The translations under genes were made by a program, and so were the position numbers. The notes under the pieces are model-generated. The model ran no database searches and was not told the DNA's origin. It saw nothing but the letters and a program-made list of their open reading frames with translations. A stretch of DNA of 64,000 bases from a bacterium (GTDB lineage: Bacteria; UBA8248): the NCBI GenBank assembly GCA_965213685.1, contig CBDBZY010000041.1, forward strand, positions 128,001-192,000, given 5' to 3'. The first letter of the stretch is position 1. Each line of letters starts with the position of its first letter. Shown here one piece after another: positions 28,843-40,580 of the stretch.

Positions 28843-31800
28843 ATGTCTGTGAGTGGCCACCTGCTGATAGTGCTCATTCCAGTCCTCTCCCTCTGTGGGG
28901 CCACTGAGTACTATGTCAGACCCACTGAGCCCACCAGTACCTCCTGTCCTGCTCAGCCATGTCTCACCCTCAGCCAGTACATCAGTGACTCTGACCACTA
29001 CTTCCAGTCCAACACTGTGTTCAAGTTTCTGCCTGGCACCCACCACATGGAGACACCACTACACATAGCAGATGTGCACAATATGAGGTTAGAAAACTTC
29101 CATGATAACTCCAATGAACGCCCCATCATAGTGGCATTGTTCTCATGTAAGAATGAAGTTGTACCTGATTGCATACAAAACATTTGGATGTGCTGTGCTG
29201 CTGTCCAGTTGAGCCGTTTGCATAATATCACTCTAAAGGGGATCACTGTAAGGGTGCAAAACTACAATATGTCCAGTATCATTCTTAGATCAACGACAAG
29301 CATACATATTCAGTCAGTCACCTCAATTTGCTCCTCAAGTTCTTCAAATAATAATGTTATCACAAATATTGGAATTTTACTATATGAAGCTAACTTTGTT
29401 GAAGTTACCATGTCAAGTGCATTGAATTGCTCATATGGCCTTCTACTTCACAATACTACCAATAGTTACATCACATCCACGCCTGAGTCTGCAGTGTCCA
29501 ATAATGGTATGGGAATATACTGCGAATATTCTGCCAACACTACAATCGTTACTCAATCATCACTATGGAATAGCAAACATGGGATGTACTTCTATTGTAC
29601 TCTAAACACAATAATAATTGATGCAACTGTAATGTACAATGGATTTGATGGAATACTTCTGTCCAATACCAACAACACTAGTATTCTCAACCCAACTGTA
29701 GTCTCTAATGGTATGGAAGGAATACGTTTATCAGAAACTAACTACACCAACATCAGCAATCCAAATGTGAAGCAAAATAAGAACACTGGAATTTATGTGA
29801 TCAATGCTGAAAACACTCATATGACAAATGTATCTTTAGCACATAATGGTATTAGTGGGCTCTCAACATTAAGTGGTAACATATTAATAGCTCACAGTTT
29901 ACATACATTTATTTGTAATAGCGCTTTTGTTGCTATTAGTACCCAAAGTCCTGGTATTTCTACAGACCCTATAAGTCTACCAGCAGTTATTATGCTCTAT
30001 AACTCTTCTCTAAATATCAGTGCTTGCACATTTTCAAGAAACAGTATATCTGCTGTGAAGCTATTCCAATCCAATATAACAGCATCTGGTGATGTGATAA
30101 TCTCTAAAAACAGAGTACTTGCCGGAACTGCTTTCATATTAGTCCAGAACAGCATTTTGACACTTTTAGAGAACAGCCGCATCTATTTCATTGGAAATCA
30201 TGCCACTAACACTGGAGGAGTGTTTTATATTGCCAATAATGTGCATTATCGATGGTATTCGAGACAGATTTTTCAAACTCCTGACATTTTAGAAGAAAGT
30301 ACATGTTTCCTTCACACAGAGGGAAGCAGGTCACATAAAAAGTTAGTCTTTGCCAACAATTCAGCAGAAAAGGGAGGGGACATACTGTATGGAGGGCAGG
30401 TGGCATATGGTTGGGATGGAGATATGAACTGTCTACTGAGCTTTAAGAACATATCCAACATATCACAGAGTGGTCTGTCCCTAATAACATCTGACCCATC
30501 ACAAGTGTGCCTCTGCAATGGAACTGGACAACCTGACTGCCTCATTGTAGCTGACCCTGCACCACACTCCATCTACCCAGGCCAGTCTATCAACATATCT
30601 GCAGTGGTTGTAGGACAAGATTTTGGAACAGTTGCTGGATCAGTGTATGCACGCTTCCTAGAGGCAATGGTCACTGGGGACACACCACAGTTAGATACAC
30701 ATCAAAGAATTCAAGGAGTTACACAAGAGAAGTGCAACCAGCTGAAGTACACTTCATTCTCACCGGATGAAGCATCTGAAACATTACTTATTCTAACACC
30801 AGATGTGCATGATAGAAGTGTTTCACCTGAATTTGAGAGCAGTGAAAGAGATCAAGAATGGCAGAACTTTTATAGAGGACCGAATCTTAACCGTTTGATA
30901 TATAGCAACCATCTTGTCTCTGTGAATATCACTTTTCTTCCCTGTCCTGCTGGTTTCATGCTCACAAGTGACCCTCCTTTCAAGTGTGACTGCAATCAGA
31001 TGTTGCAAGGGTTAAAAGGAGTCAAATGCTACATTCAAGACCAGACTATTGGTCGAAGTGGATTGATATGGTTAGGAACACTCAAGGAAGGCAATGGAAC
31101 TGTGGTAGCCTCTGAATACTGTTCATTTGACTACTGTAACAAAGAAGACAGCAATGTGACACTCAGTGACCCTGACTCTCAGTGCAACTACAATCATTCA
31201 GGCACTCTGTGTGGAGGATGCCAGCCTGGTCTCAGTCTTGCCTTAGGAAGTGCACAGTGTCTGCAGTGTTCCAACAAGTACCTTGCTCTCCTCATGCCAT
31301 TTGCATTGGCAGGACCTGCACTTGTGTTCTTCATAAAACTACTGGACCTCACAGTCTCTCAAGGAACAATCAATGGACTGATATTCTATGCCAACCTAGT
31401 TAAGGCTAATGAGTACATTTTTCTTCCGCAGAAAAACATAAACACACTGACTCTCTTCATAGCATGGTTCAACCTGGACTTGGGTGTGGAGACCTGCTTC
31501 TTCCATGGTCTGTCTGCCTACACCAAAACATGGCTGCAGTTTGTGTTCCCTCTCTACATCTGGAGCATTGCAGGGCTCATCATCATCTTAGCCAAGTACA
31601 GTGACCGAGTGGCAAAAGTGATGGGCAATAACTCTGTTCCAGTACTGGCCACCCTCTTCCTCCTCTCATATGCCAAGCTATTTCGTACTCTCATAACGGT
31701 TCTCTCCTACACAATGTTGTACAGCTCACAAGGCCACAAGGCTGTGTGGTCTGCTGATGGAAATATAGACTACCTGGGTCCAAAACATGCTCCTCTGTTT

Positions 31801-32364
31801 GCTGTAGCTGTGGCTGTACTGCTCTTTCTGTGGCTTCCATACACACTGCTGCTCTTCCTTGGACAGTGGCTGCACAGGTGCAACTGCCGACTGATTGACC
31901 GCACTTTGGTGAGGCTAAAACCATTTTTAGACTCTCACTATGGCCCTCTGAAGGGCAAACATCACTACTGGTTTGGGACCCTGCTTTTGGTCAGAGTTGT
32001 GATTCTTCTAATGGCAGCACTCATTCCAACTAATCATGCTAGTATAATCGTCTTCTGTAGTTTTATCTTTGCAATGGTGTTAAACTATTTTGGACTCATA
32101 ACCTATCGAAACATAACTGTAGCCATGTTTGATGTGTCTTTCTTCATAAACCTTGCACTTTTGTGCGTGACCCACTTTTACAACAAACTTGCTAAAGGAA
32201 ATCAAGCAGTGGCTGCCTACACACTAATTGGAACAGCGTTTGTTCAGTTTCTTGGACTGCTCACTTTTAAAGTGTTTGCCATTCTCAAGAGGAGTAGAAA
32301 AATAAGAGCATGTCTTCAGAGGAGACATCCTGCTGAAGGTCAAGTAAGGGAGAGAATCATATAA
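28843..32364 (+). CDS. Paralogous intronless beta-helix multipass membrane protein (1173 aa, about 7 coils)
   Basis: Same architecture as 22757-27055. The N-cap ATEYYVRPTEPT..FKFLPGTH and the Cys-rich/TM1 region are nearly identical; the beta-helix is shorter and the acidic tail is missing. Confidence 0.9.
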   Translation: MSVSGHLLIVLIPVLSLCGATEYYVRPTEPTSTSCPAQPCLTLSQYISDSDHYFQSNTVFKFLPGTHHMETPLHIADVHNMRLENFHDNSNERPIIVALFSCKNEVVPDCIQNIWMCCAAVQLSRLHNITLKGITVRVQNYNMSSIILRSTTSIHIQSVTSICSSSSSNNNVITNIGILLYEANFVEVTMSSALNCSYGLLLHNTTNSYITSTPESAVSNNGMGIYCEYSANTTIVTQSSLWNSKHGMYFYCTLNTIIIDATVMYNGFDGILLSNTNNTSILNPTVVSNGMEGIRLSETNYTNISNPNVKQNKNTGIYVINAENTHMTNVSLAHNGISGLSTLSGNILIAHSLHTFICNSAFVAISTQSPGISTDPISLPAVIMLYNSSLNISACTFSRNSISAVKLFQSNITASGDVIISKNRVLAGTAFILVQNSILTLLENSRIYFIGNHATNTGGVFYIANNVHYRWYSRQIFQTPDILEESTCFLHTEGSRSHKKLVFANNSAEKGGDILYGGQVAYGWDGDMNCLLSFKNISNISQSGLSLITSDPSQVCLCNGTGQPDCLIVADPAPHSIYPGQSINISAVVVGQDFGTVAGSVYARFLEAMVTGDTPQLDTHQRIQGVTQEKCNQLKYTSFSPDEASETLLILTPDVHDRSVSPEFESSERDQEWQNFYRGPNLNRLIYSNHLVSVNITFLPCPAGFMLTSDPPFKCDCNQMLQGLKGVKCYIQDQTIGRSGLIWLGTLKEGNGTVVASEYCSFDYCNKEDSNVTLSDPDSQCNYNHSGTLCGGCQPGLSLALGSAQCLQCSNKYLALLMPFALAGPALVFFIKLLDLTVSQGTINGLIFYANLVKANEYIFLPQKNINTLTLFIAWFNLDLGVETCFFHGLSAYTKTWLQFVFPLYIWSIAGLIIILAKYSDRVAKVMGNNSVPVLATLFLLSYAKLFRTLITVLSYTMLYSSQGHKAVWSADGNIDYLGPKHAPLFAVAVAVLLFLWLPYTLLLFLGQWLHRCNCRLIDRTLVRLKPFLDSHYGPLKGKHHYWFGTLLLVRVVILLMAALIPTNHASIIVFCSFIFAMVLNYFGLITYRNITVAMFDVSFFINLALLCVTHFYNKLAKGNQAVAAYTLIGTAFVQFLGLLTFKVFAILKRSRKIRACLQRRHPAEGQVRERII

Positions 32365-33824
32365 GATAAAATGACTGGATCCTTTGTATGTAATATTTTC
32401 AGTATTAATATGTGTTTAGCATTAGCAATGCTTGCAACAAAACAGTTAACCTATTACAATCCTCTAACCCTCTCCTCTTGTTTTGTTTTGTTTTGTTTTG
32501 ATTTTTCAATTATGACTATCACAGTGTGTGTTTAGCTTGTTAGTTAATCTGTATACTTGCTGTATAAATCCCTGTAGCTATAGACTCTACATGACATTGT
32601 ATGAGTTGAGTTGGTGTAGCATCAGTGTCAGAGTTGGTGACAAAGATTTTGGCTGTCAGTGCCTGTACTACATCTATGCTCTATATGTATAAACATGTGT
32701 TTTAGCATACATACTGATTATAGTATAATTAATGTACATGTATCCCTAACATCACTTAATTAAATGTGATTTGTATTAATTCACTCTGGCTACATGCGCC
32801 AACACTGGAATATTCAGCTGTGAATGCTCCGTGTGAGATTCACTGTCGGTATTCTTCTGGGAGTCAGTAGACTCTCGATGTAGGGATTGTGCCGACATAC
32901 CCATAGTGCATGTACACACAAAAGTCTTCTACAATCCCCAGTGCTATCATTCTCAAACACTTAACTTTCCTATTTAGCATTTCTTTATCCAGCAATATCC
33001 CCCAATAAGCTATGGTCTCTCTCTAAACTTAGACTCACACTGCCAGAAAATGGCTCAACTGTCAATTAATCTTTCTTCTTCATTCCAAGGGTATCTGCTG
33101 ATCTGGTCACTGGTAACGATGACCCACTTGCACAAATTGTAAGATTTATAATTATTATTATGATTGTAGTAATTGTATTAGATCTAAAATAAGTCTAAAA
33201 TTGAGGTAGTTACATAACCTCGGGAATGCACATTCCAGGCAGAGTACTACCATCACCATCACACTGGCAGTATATAACAGTCACCCTTCCTACAGGACCT
33301 TATCACCTCCTGAAGAATGATCACCATCATTCAAAGCTTGAGGAGATAGGATTTTATTATAATAATACCAACCTCTTTTTCTCTACAATACATGTATGCG
33401 AGCATGGCAATGCAGGCATCGAGGAGGTTGAGAGTGCAACCTCCAGAAGGACAGGCGAGGAAAGAGGTTGGGAGCACTGACTTCCAGGAGGCTTTGCCTT
33501 CTCAGGGAAAGCTTATAATTGTAAAGTTAATGTTTCATTCATTGCACTTCAAAGAACAAACCAAGTATATGATTGTGGATGCTATAGAAACCACCTCTTG
33601 TGATACTAACTCTCTAAAAAAGAAACTAACCATTACTGAACTAAGATATCATAGAGTCTTGAAAAAACACATTTTGATAACTATTTCTGAACTACAATGG
33701 CTAAAAATCTTATTGCACAACCAAAAAAAACAGTGCTAAGATGTGTGAAGTGCACACAGTAAGACATTGGCCTGATGTTACACAGTTAAGTATTGCACAT
33801 ATGAGTTGTGCACTCTCACGCAAG

Positions 33825-36800
33825 TCAGCCTCCCCTCATGGCCACCAATATCACTGCAATCTCACGCAAGTCATATTTGAGGGCAAACTTCTTGCGAAAC
33901 TCGTCAACCTTCTTCAGGTAAGTAGGTGGCCTCCATTCATGCCGGCTGACTAGCTTCACAAACACTTTTGGAGGGTCAATATGCTGCCCGTCACCCTCAA
34001 CCTCACAGAACTCCTCCACAGTCGTCTGCTCCATGAACTGCTGCTGTTGTCTCTTGTAGTTCTCGAGCTGTGTCTGGCTTGGGAGGGAGAACTGAGTGAT
34101 GATGTGCTCCAAGATATCGATATTCAAATAGTCCCAGTACTTGTGTATGTGAAGTATGCGGAAGACCTCACTTACTGTTCTAGACTCCTCCAAAAACTTA
34201 GAATATTTGATGAGGAAGTCTAGATGTAGTTCTTTGCTTTTTGTTGGAAGGGAATACATTTCTCTCACAAGATCAATAATTTGAATGTTTGCTCTCTCAA
34301 GCTGCACTTGTGTTACATGTATCAGTGCCTTGAACTGATCCCTCAGTTGCTTGATTTTGTTTTTAACACCTGTTAGAAATCAAAATCAAGAAAGTACAGG
34401 TATGTCCAAGTATGTGCATTTGACATACATACAAAATCATGAGTGACATACAATAGTATACCACTTCATATCTATGTTCATGAGGGTGAGATCCAGCCAC
34501 TGTTTTCTCTTAGCAGAGTATATAGGTGAATGTAAGTATCAGAGAGTCGGTAGACTCTCTATGTAGGGATGGCACCGACACGCCCATAGTGTGCGTACAT
34601 TAGAAAGCCTTCTAAACTCTTTAGAGCTCGCGTTCTAAGCCTTTCTAGGTACATAGCTATCATATTCCAACCTTTCTCTATCCAACCATACCCCCCACGT
34701 AGCTAAAATGCATCGCCACACTTGCCGACAGAAAACCGCCGAAAGGTCAAATTATTCATCTTCATCTTCTTAAGAGATTTTGTCAAACGGCCTACGTCAG
34801 AAGTGGCTGAAGTTTTAGCCGTGGTTTTCGCACCAATCACCTTTATTCGTGTGTGCGCAGTGCCTTTTACTAACAAATCGATGGTATCTTGGCAAACCTT
34901 GGTGAACAAACCCCAGTCGCTTTCCCCATACTTGGTCTATAGAAGACATTTGTCTAATAATGTCACGTGGCATAACTTCGAGCACGTGAGAGATAACGTG
35001 GAGACCACGCCTAGCGCCGCGCTAGCTGAGCGACTCTCTTGTGGGAATAGCGCAGACACTTCCTATTCGAAGGAGCTCTACGTAAAGGCTAGACGCTGTG
35101 CATAACGACGTCTCTGAGAGAGTCGGTACACTCCCTATGAAGCAATCGCACCGACCCGCCCATAGTACGTATACACTCGCCCCGGCAGTGTCCTATCATA
35201 GCTATTATCTATGGTTCTATATACACAGCCGTTGCTTGACCTACGTACGCGCATGCGTGGTCGCTCACGCATGCGCTTACGTTGAAGTACTATTACCAGA
35301 CTTGAAAGATTTCAGAACGAGATTGGCCGAAGAATTCTCCAGCTGCCAAAACATTTCTCTGGTACAGCCGTCAGATTGGCTCTTCAAGTAGCATCTTACT
35401 TCAATGTACTATTAAAGCTACACCTATTATCGCTAGAACACCTACAATATAGCTACTGTAGCAGCTGATTTCATTTTCCTTATGTTTGCATGCAACAAAT
35501 GTTGATGATGCTTGGCAGTCACATACATACAATGAGTAGCTAAGAACTTTTTAAAGGGGCTCAGCCCCTTCCCCAAGTGGTGGTCCTCAACTTTATATAC
35601 TCCCAGCCCATGACACATAGCATAAGTTGTCTGTGGTCACGAGTTTGTTTTTTAGTGCCTGAAGGAAGTGCACTAGAATAGCACCCTCCTATATGGTGTA
35701 CTATTGTACAGCAAAAAATGACACAAACAAGTAAATAAAACATTTTCCAAAAATGTACAGGGATGTAGGGATGGCAGTGCCAAAAACCACAGCAACTAGG
35801 TGTAGAGACAGGGCATACAAACACTGCACAAATAACCCCATCCCTACATCTTTTTTTCATGCACAATATTGTGTCCCAGTAATCTTACAGCATAAAGAAA
35901 TATGTCACGTGCAAAAAAAGAGATGTAGGGATGGGGTTATTTGTGCAGTGTTTGTATGCCCTGTCTCTACACCTAGTTGCTGTGGTTTTTGGCACTGCCA
36001 TCCCTACATCCCTGTACATTTTTGGAAAATGTTTTATTTACTTGTACCTGTTAGATCAACAACACTAGCAGTCAGTATTTTTTGAAAGGCATTGCAGTGT
36101 GTTGTTGTGATAGTTGATTAAGAACTGCTCAAGATGGCATGCTCAAAATCTGTGGTAGTAATGGAGTCAACCAGTGTTTCTTATCTTTTTGTGGTTAATT
36201 TGTACCTAATTCTCAGACTCTCCTCCTTCTTCGTGTGCTGTATTCACATTGCACTTTCCAAATTCACTTAGAAAGGTGTGACAGTGTATGATGTTCATGG
36301 GACTAAGAAGGTTTGGGAATGAGACCTGTGAGTTTGAACCACCTTAATAACTCTTATGTCTAACAGCCATTCATGGCCTAGGAAATAGAGTTATCATTTA
36401 TTGAGAATGCTACTATGACAACTGATTTAGGGTGACTATATAAAGGCCTGTGTGACTAGGTAAATTCATAATACACGGTCCTACAACTGTAGCACTAGCC
36501 AAAATTAGTATTGAGCCGACTGCCCTCCAGCAGTCTTCTTCAGTGGCTAATAACACACACACAAAGTACAGCACACAAGAATATAGTAACAAGCCATACA
36601 AAGATTCCTGGACAAAAATGCAATTATCATTGCCCTCTCCCAGTCAGCTGGTGGTGTACTGATGGCAACTGTCCCTGCTCCCTGTTGATGGTATTCGGTT
36701 GACAGTGGATAAGCAAGACTCCAGGATGCATCGTTGATAAAACATCAGATCTACATCGATGATCTGAGCCTCCTCCCACTTGATGGTGTGGCCAGTCATC

Positions 36801-38727
36801 GCCAGATGCTCTGCCACTGCCAACTTGTCGACATCCCCACTAGTAAGAGCATACTTGTGCTCCTTGATCCGGTGTCCCAGGGTACGTCCAGTTTGTCCCA
36901 CATAGGCAGCGGGACAGTCTGAGCATGAGATCTGATACACTACCCCCTTCCTCAGCTCCGGTGGTATAGGGTCTTTCACATGAACCAGTAGCGTCTGGTG
37001 GGGTTTAAAACACATTTGAATGTTTAAAGGGGCTAGGACTCTCCATATTGCCTCAGAGATGTTCTGGACATAAGGTATGACAGCATAAGAGTCAGGCGAA
37101 GGTGAAGGCATTTTCTGCCCGGTAAGGGGACCAACGCAAGTCTTATGCCTGGAGATATCTCGTTTTGGGTATCCATTCTGCACTAAGGACTGCGACATAC
37201 AATACTCTTCATCTGTGCATATGTGCAGCAGTGTGTGCTGGCTCTGGAGAAGAGAGTTTTTACCACTGCCAGTTTGTGGGCTATAGTGTGGTGGGACTGA
37301 AAATGCAGGTAACTGTCAGTGTGAGTCCTCTCTGTTGTAGACAAGGTACCATCTGGATGGTGAGTTATGTCCGTGTCTAAGAATGCCAGCTTACCTCCTG
37401 TCTCCACTTCTGTCATACCTTATGTCCGGAGCGTCTCTGAGGCAATAAGGAGAGTCCTAGCCCCTCTAAACATTCAAACGTGTTTTAAGCCCTGGGCCAC
37501 CAGACTCTGCATAATCTACTGGTCCATGTGAAAGACCCTATACCACCAGAGCTGAGGAAGGCGGTAGTGTATCAGACCTCATGCTCAGACTGTCCTGCTG
37601 CCTATGTGGGACAAACTGGACGTACCCTGGGACACCGGATCAAGGAGCACAAGTATGCTCTTACTAGTGGGGATGTCGACAAGTCGGCAGTGGCAGAGCA
37701 TCTGGTGATGACTGGCCACACCATCAAGTGGGAGGAGGCTCAGATCATTGATGTAGATCTGGAGCTTTATCAACGATCATCCTGGAGGAACAGTTGCCAT
37801 CAGTACACCACCAGCTGACTGGGAGAGGACAATGATAATTTCATTTTTGTCCAGGAATCTTTGTATGGCTTGTTACTATATACTTGTGTGCTGTACTTTG
37901 TGTGTGGTAGTTGCCACTGAAGAAAACTGCTGGAGGGCAGTTGAAACATTTGGCTCAATATTAATTTTGTACAGTTGTTGTAGGACCGTGTATTATGACT
38001 TAGGGTGAGATGATAAGGGGCTAGCCACATGACTGCAGCATGAGAACATTACCTTGTACTGTAGTGTCTGTTCCACTGGCCTGTTTGTCCTGCTCCACAC
38101 AGTCCACAGTACAATACCCTCTATCTGCAAAAAAGTCACACGCAATGTGTTTGTGTCACCCTATAGTACTACTCTACAATGCAAATATGCTGCTCCCCAT
38201 GCCCTTGTCTTCCTTCACTTTCACATGTACAGCCATTGCTCTGATAATGAAAGTACTATCATAGATATTTACCTTACGGTACTGTAAGGTAAATATCTAT
38301 GGTACTATGATATCGGAGGCATGCCTTCTCCAACTGGTGGACTGCTGCATTTTACAGACACCGACTTACCGAACTCTAACTCTCTCAGCTGTTGTGCCTG
38401 ACGTTTGTGATCCATTTGCTCAAGCGCCTCTGCTATGTCCTCTGCAACCTTGTATGGATTCTCAGATAGTTGTCTGTCACAATATCGGCCAATCAGCTCC
38501 CGTCTGTAGCATGCTGCCTGAGCAACGCCATGTGCACAGTTGGTCTCGATATCGTTGCTCCTGATATTCAGCCAGTTCGCTAGTCCCTTCCAATTCGGCA
38601 CGTCTGCCAACACTCGAGAGATATCCTGCACATCTCGTCCTGTTAGGAAGCACACAACACCGTTACTACACTTTAGTGCACACTTACCGCGACTGTCACG
38701 ACGCCGCTGCGATATGCGCAGACTCAT
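33825..38727 (-). CDS. Death-fold gene fragment (death domain exon plus sponge-type YWDYLN helical domain exon); probably truncated
   Basis: Exon 38370-38639 ..LADVPNWKGLANWLNI..IAEALEQMDHKRQAQQLR is death-domain-like. Exon 38053-38125 is short. Exon 33825-34369 reads ..VSEVFRIL..YWDYLNIDILEHIITQF..LENYK..F..QTTVEEF and ends in an early stop. Introns contain TEs. Confidence 0.55.
35728..36044. mobile_element. Foldback MITE with near-perfect inverted arms of about 125 bp
   Basis: CAAGTAAATAAAACATTTTCC...CCCCATCCCTACATCT is mirrored by AGATGTAGGGATGGGG...GGAAAATGTTTTATTTACTTG. Confidence 0.9.
36440..37416 (-). mobile_element. Penelope-like retroelement fragment (RT C-terminus + GIY-YIG endonuclease + 3' end)
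   Basis: GKLAFLDTDI..THTDSYLHFQSHH..KLAVVKTLF; NGYP; IPYVQNISEAI; GVVYQISCSDCPAAYVGQTGRTLGHRIKEH; frameshifted. Confidence 0.9.
37410..38010 (+). mobile_element. Inverted second Penelope-like copy (GIY-YIG + 3' end)
   Basis: Near mirror image of 36440-37085: VIPYV..KDPIPPELRKAVVYQTSCSDCPAAYVGQTGRTL. Confidence 0.9.
37913..37954 (+). ncRNA. Minimal hammerhead ribozyme of the Penelope-like element
   Basis: GCCA-CTGAAGA-A-AACTGC(TGGAGG)GCAGTT-GAAA-CA-TT-TGGC. Confidence 0.75.
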
Positions 38728-38934
38728 ATCCTACCCATTGTTTAACAAGTGTCCTGGCTCACGTACCTTGGCAGGCGAGAGCTGTTCTGAAGATAGAGCA
38801 GACAACAAGAGCACAGAAAAATGTGTAAGTCTCCATTTTGAGTCAACAAACGTAGACAACCCCCACCCTTCGCAATGAATATACAGTTAGCCCCACCCAC
38901 TTTTGAAGGCAGGATTGCAATATGGGTACTGAGC

Positions 38935-39125
38935 TAGAGCATGCACGGGAACACAGCCATCCCATCAAATGGGAGGAGGCTTCTATACTAGACTGTGCTA
39001 GACGGCATCAAGAACCCCTTGTTAAAGAAGCATTACGCATACGGACCACAAAGGCCAACTTCAACCGTGATGCTGGCATTGGAGTACATGACTGCTGGGT
39101 ATCAACCATCATTAATTCAGCCTGA
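38935..39125 (+). mobile_element. Third, divergent Penelope-like endonuclease C-terminal relic
   Basis: EHA..HSHPIKWEEASILD..LVKEALRI..NFNRDAG. Confidence 0.7.
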
Positions 39126-40110
39126 AGGATGCGGCAAGGCTCACTGAGCTCACCTCCCAGCACCTCCCAACAGTGAACAGTGGAGAGGAGTGTTTCCCAT
39201 TATGGGCTCATTCTATCACACATGCTGTGACAGCAATTATTGTATGATGTCATATCCAGCCTATGTATTGGACACGTGCCTCAGGCAAAAGATGGGTGGG
39301 TGGGTAAGGGGTGGGGGGGGGGGGGGGGGGGGGGGAGGAAATAATGGCACGTGAACAAGTGCAGCTGGTAGTGAAGTGTTTGTTTGGCCTGGCAGACTTT
39401 GGGCTGGACTTGCCCTAGTCAGATTTGGCAAGGCCGTGGCCTGCAGGAATGAGTGCAGCCGGTCGGTGAGTGTGTTTTCTGCCTCTGGTTGAGGATTTTG
39501 GCCTGAATTCAAGTTGCCCTAGCCAGATTAGCAAAGTGTTGACCCGGCAGGTGAATGAGTGCTGCAAGCCCAAGGAATACAATTGTATTCCATTCTCAAC
39601 ATCAAAAAGTGCAAGAACATTTCTTTGTTCAAAATTCATGCATCCAAGGTGCAAGGGTGTACGTTCACTCACAAATATATGTACACACTCATATACATTT
39701 TCACTCATGAAGTGTGCACAAACAATCAAATTATGCACAAAGAGTAACAAGTCCTAAACAGTTCTAATAATTATTAACCACTCAGTACAAATGTAGAAGT
39801 TTCCTTTGTGTCAAATATCTCTCAGCCCTTAACTGATGTCCTTCCTATTCACAAATTTGTATGTTTGTACATTTCACTGCTGATAGCTAGCATGTGTGTA
39901 TGTATCCTGTTCAAGCACAAGAGGTGGTGCTTTTATAACTCTACTAATCCCCAACAATGAATTATCAATAAAGCAAGCAGCCATATCCCCTTGAGATATT
40001 ATAACTGTACTACAAGTTTAAGACAACATGCAACACATTTGTCCTTGTCTCTTCCCTTCTTGTAGTGCTATATGCACAAGATCATTTGCGTGCATACATA
40101 CACACATATA

Positions 40111-40580
40111 CAGTGGAGCCTCCGAAAAACGGACACATTGGGAGCAGGCCTTTTGTCCGTTGTAGAGAGGTGTCCCTATCTGGGAGATCGACTCATAACT
40201 TGGTTCTCCCCCTAAGTACAATCTACTGACTGTTGCTTAAGCATTTTTGTGACCATAACAACTTGGTCTGAGTTGTTTGAGTTAGATATAACATAGACAC
40301 TACGCCGTAGTTACCTCGGTACACACGTGGAGCCACGCCTTCTCTTGTACGAGGGGGCATGGCTTTCAGTCTGTCCGCTCTTAGAGGCTTTTTTGTACAG
40401 CCACGATCATTCTGGGCCTAGCTGAATGTCCGTTGTCCGGAACAGAGAGGTTACAATTGTCCGTTTCTCGGAGGTTAAAAATGTACTAAACGCATGCTAA
40501 AATCAAACGGTGCCTTTCGTGCTGTCCGTTGTACGGAGGTTGTCCGCATCTTGGAGGGTCCGTTAAGGGAGGTTCCACTG
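40111..40580. mobile_element. TA-TSD MITE (CAGTGGA family)
   Basis: TA|CAGTGGAGCCTCC ... GGAGGTTCCACTG|TA with internal GTCCGTT..GAGG repeats. Confidence 0.8.
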
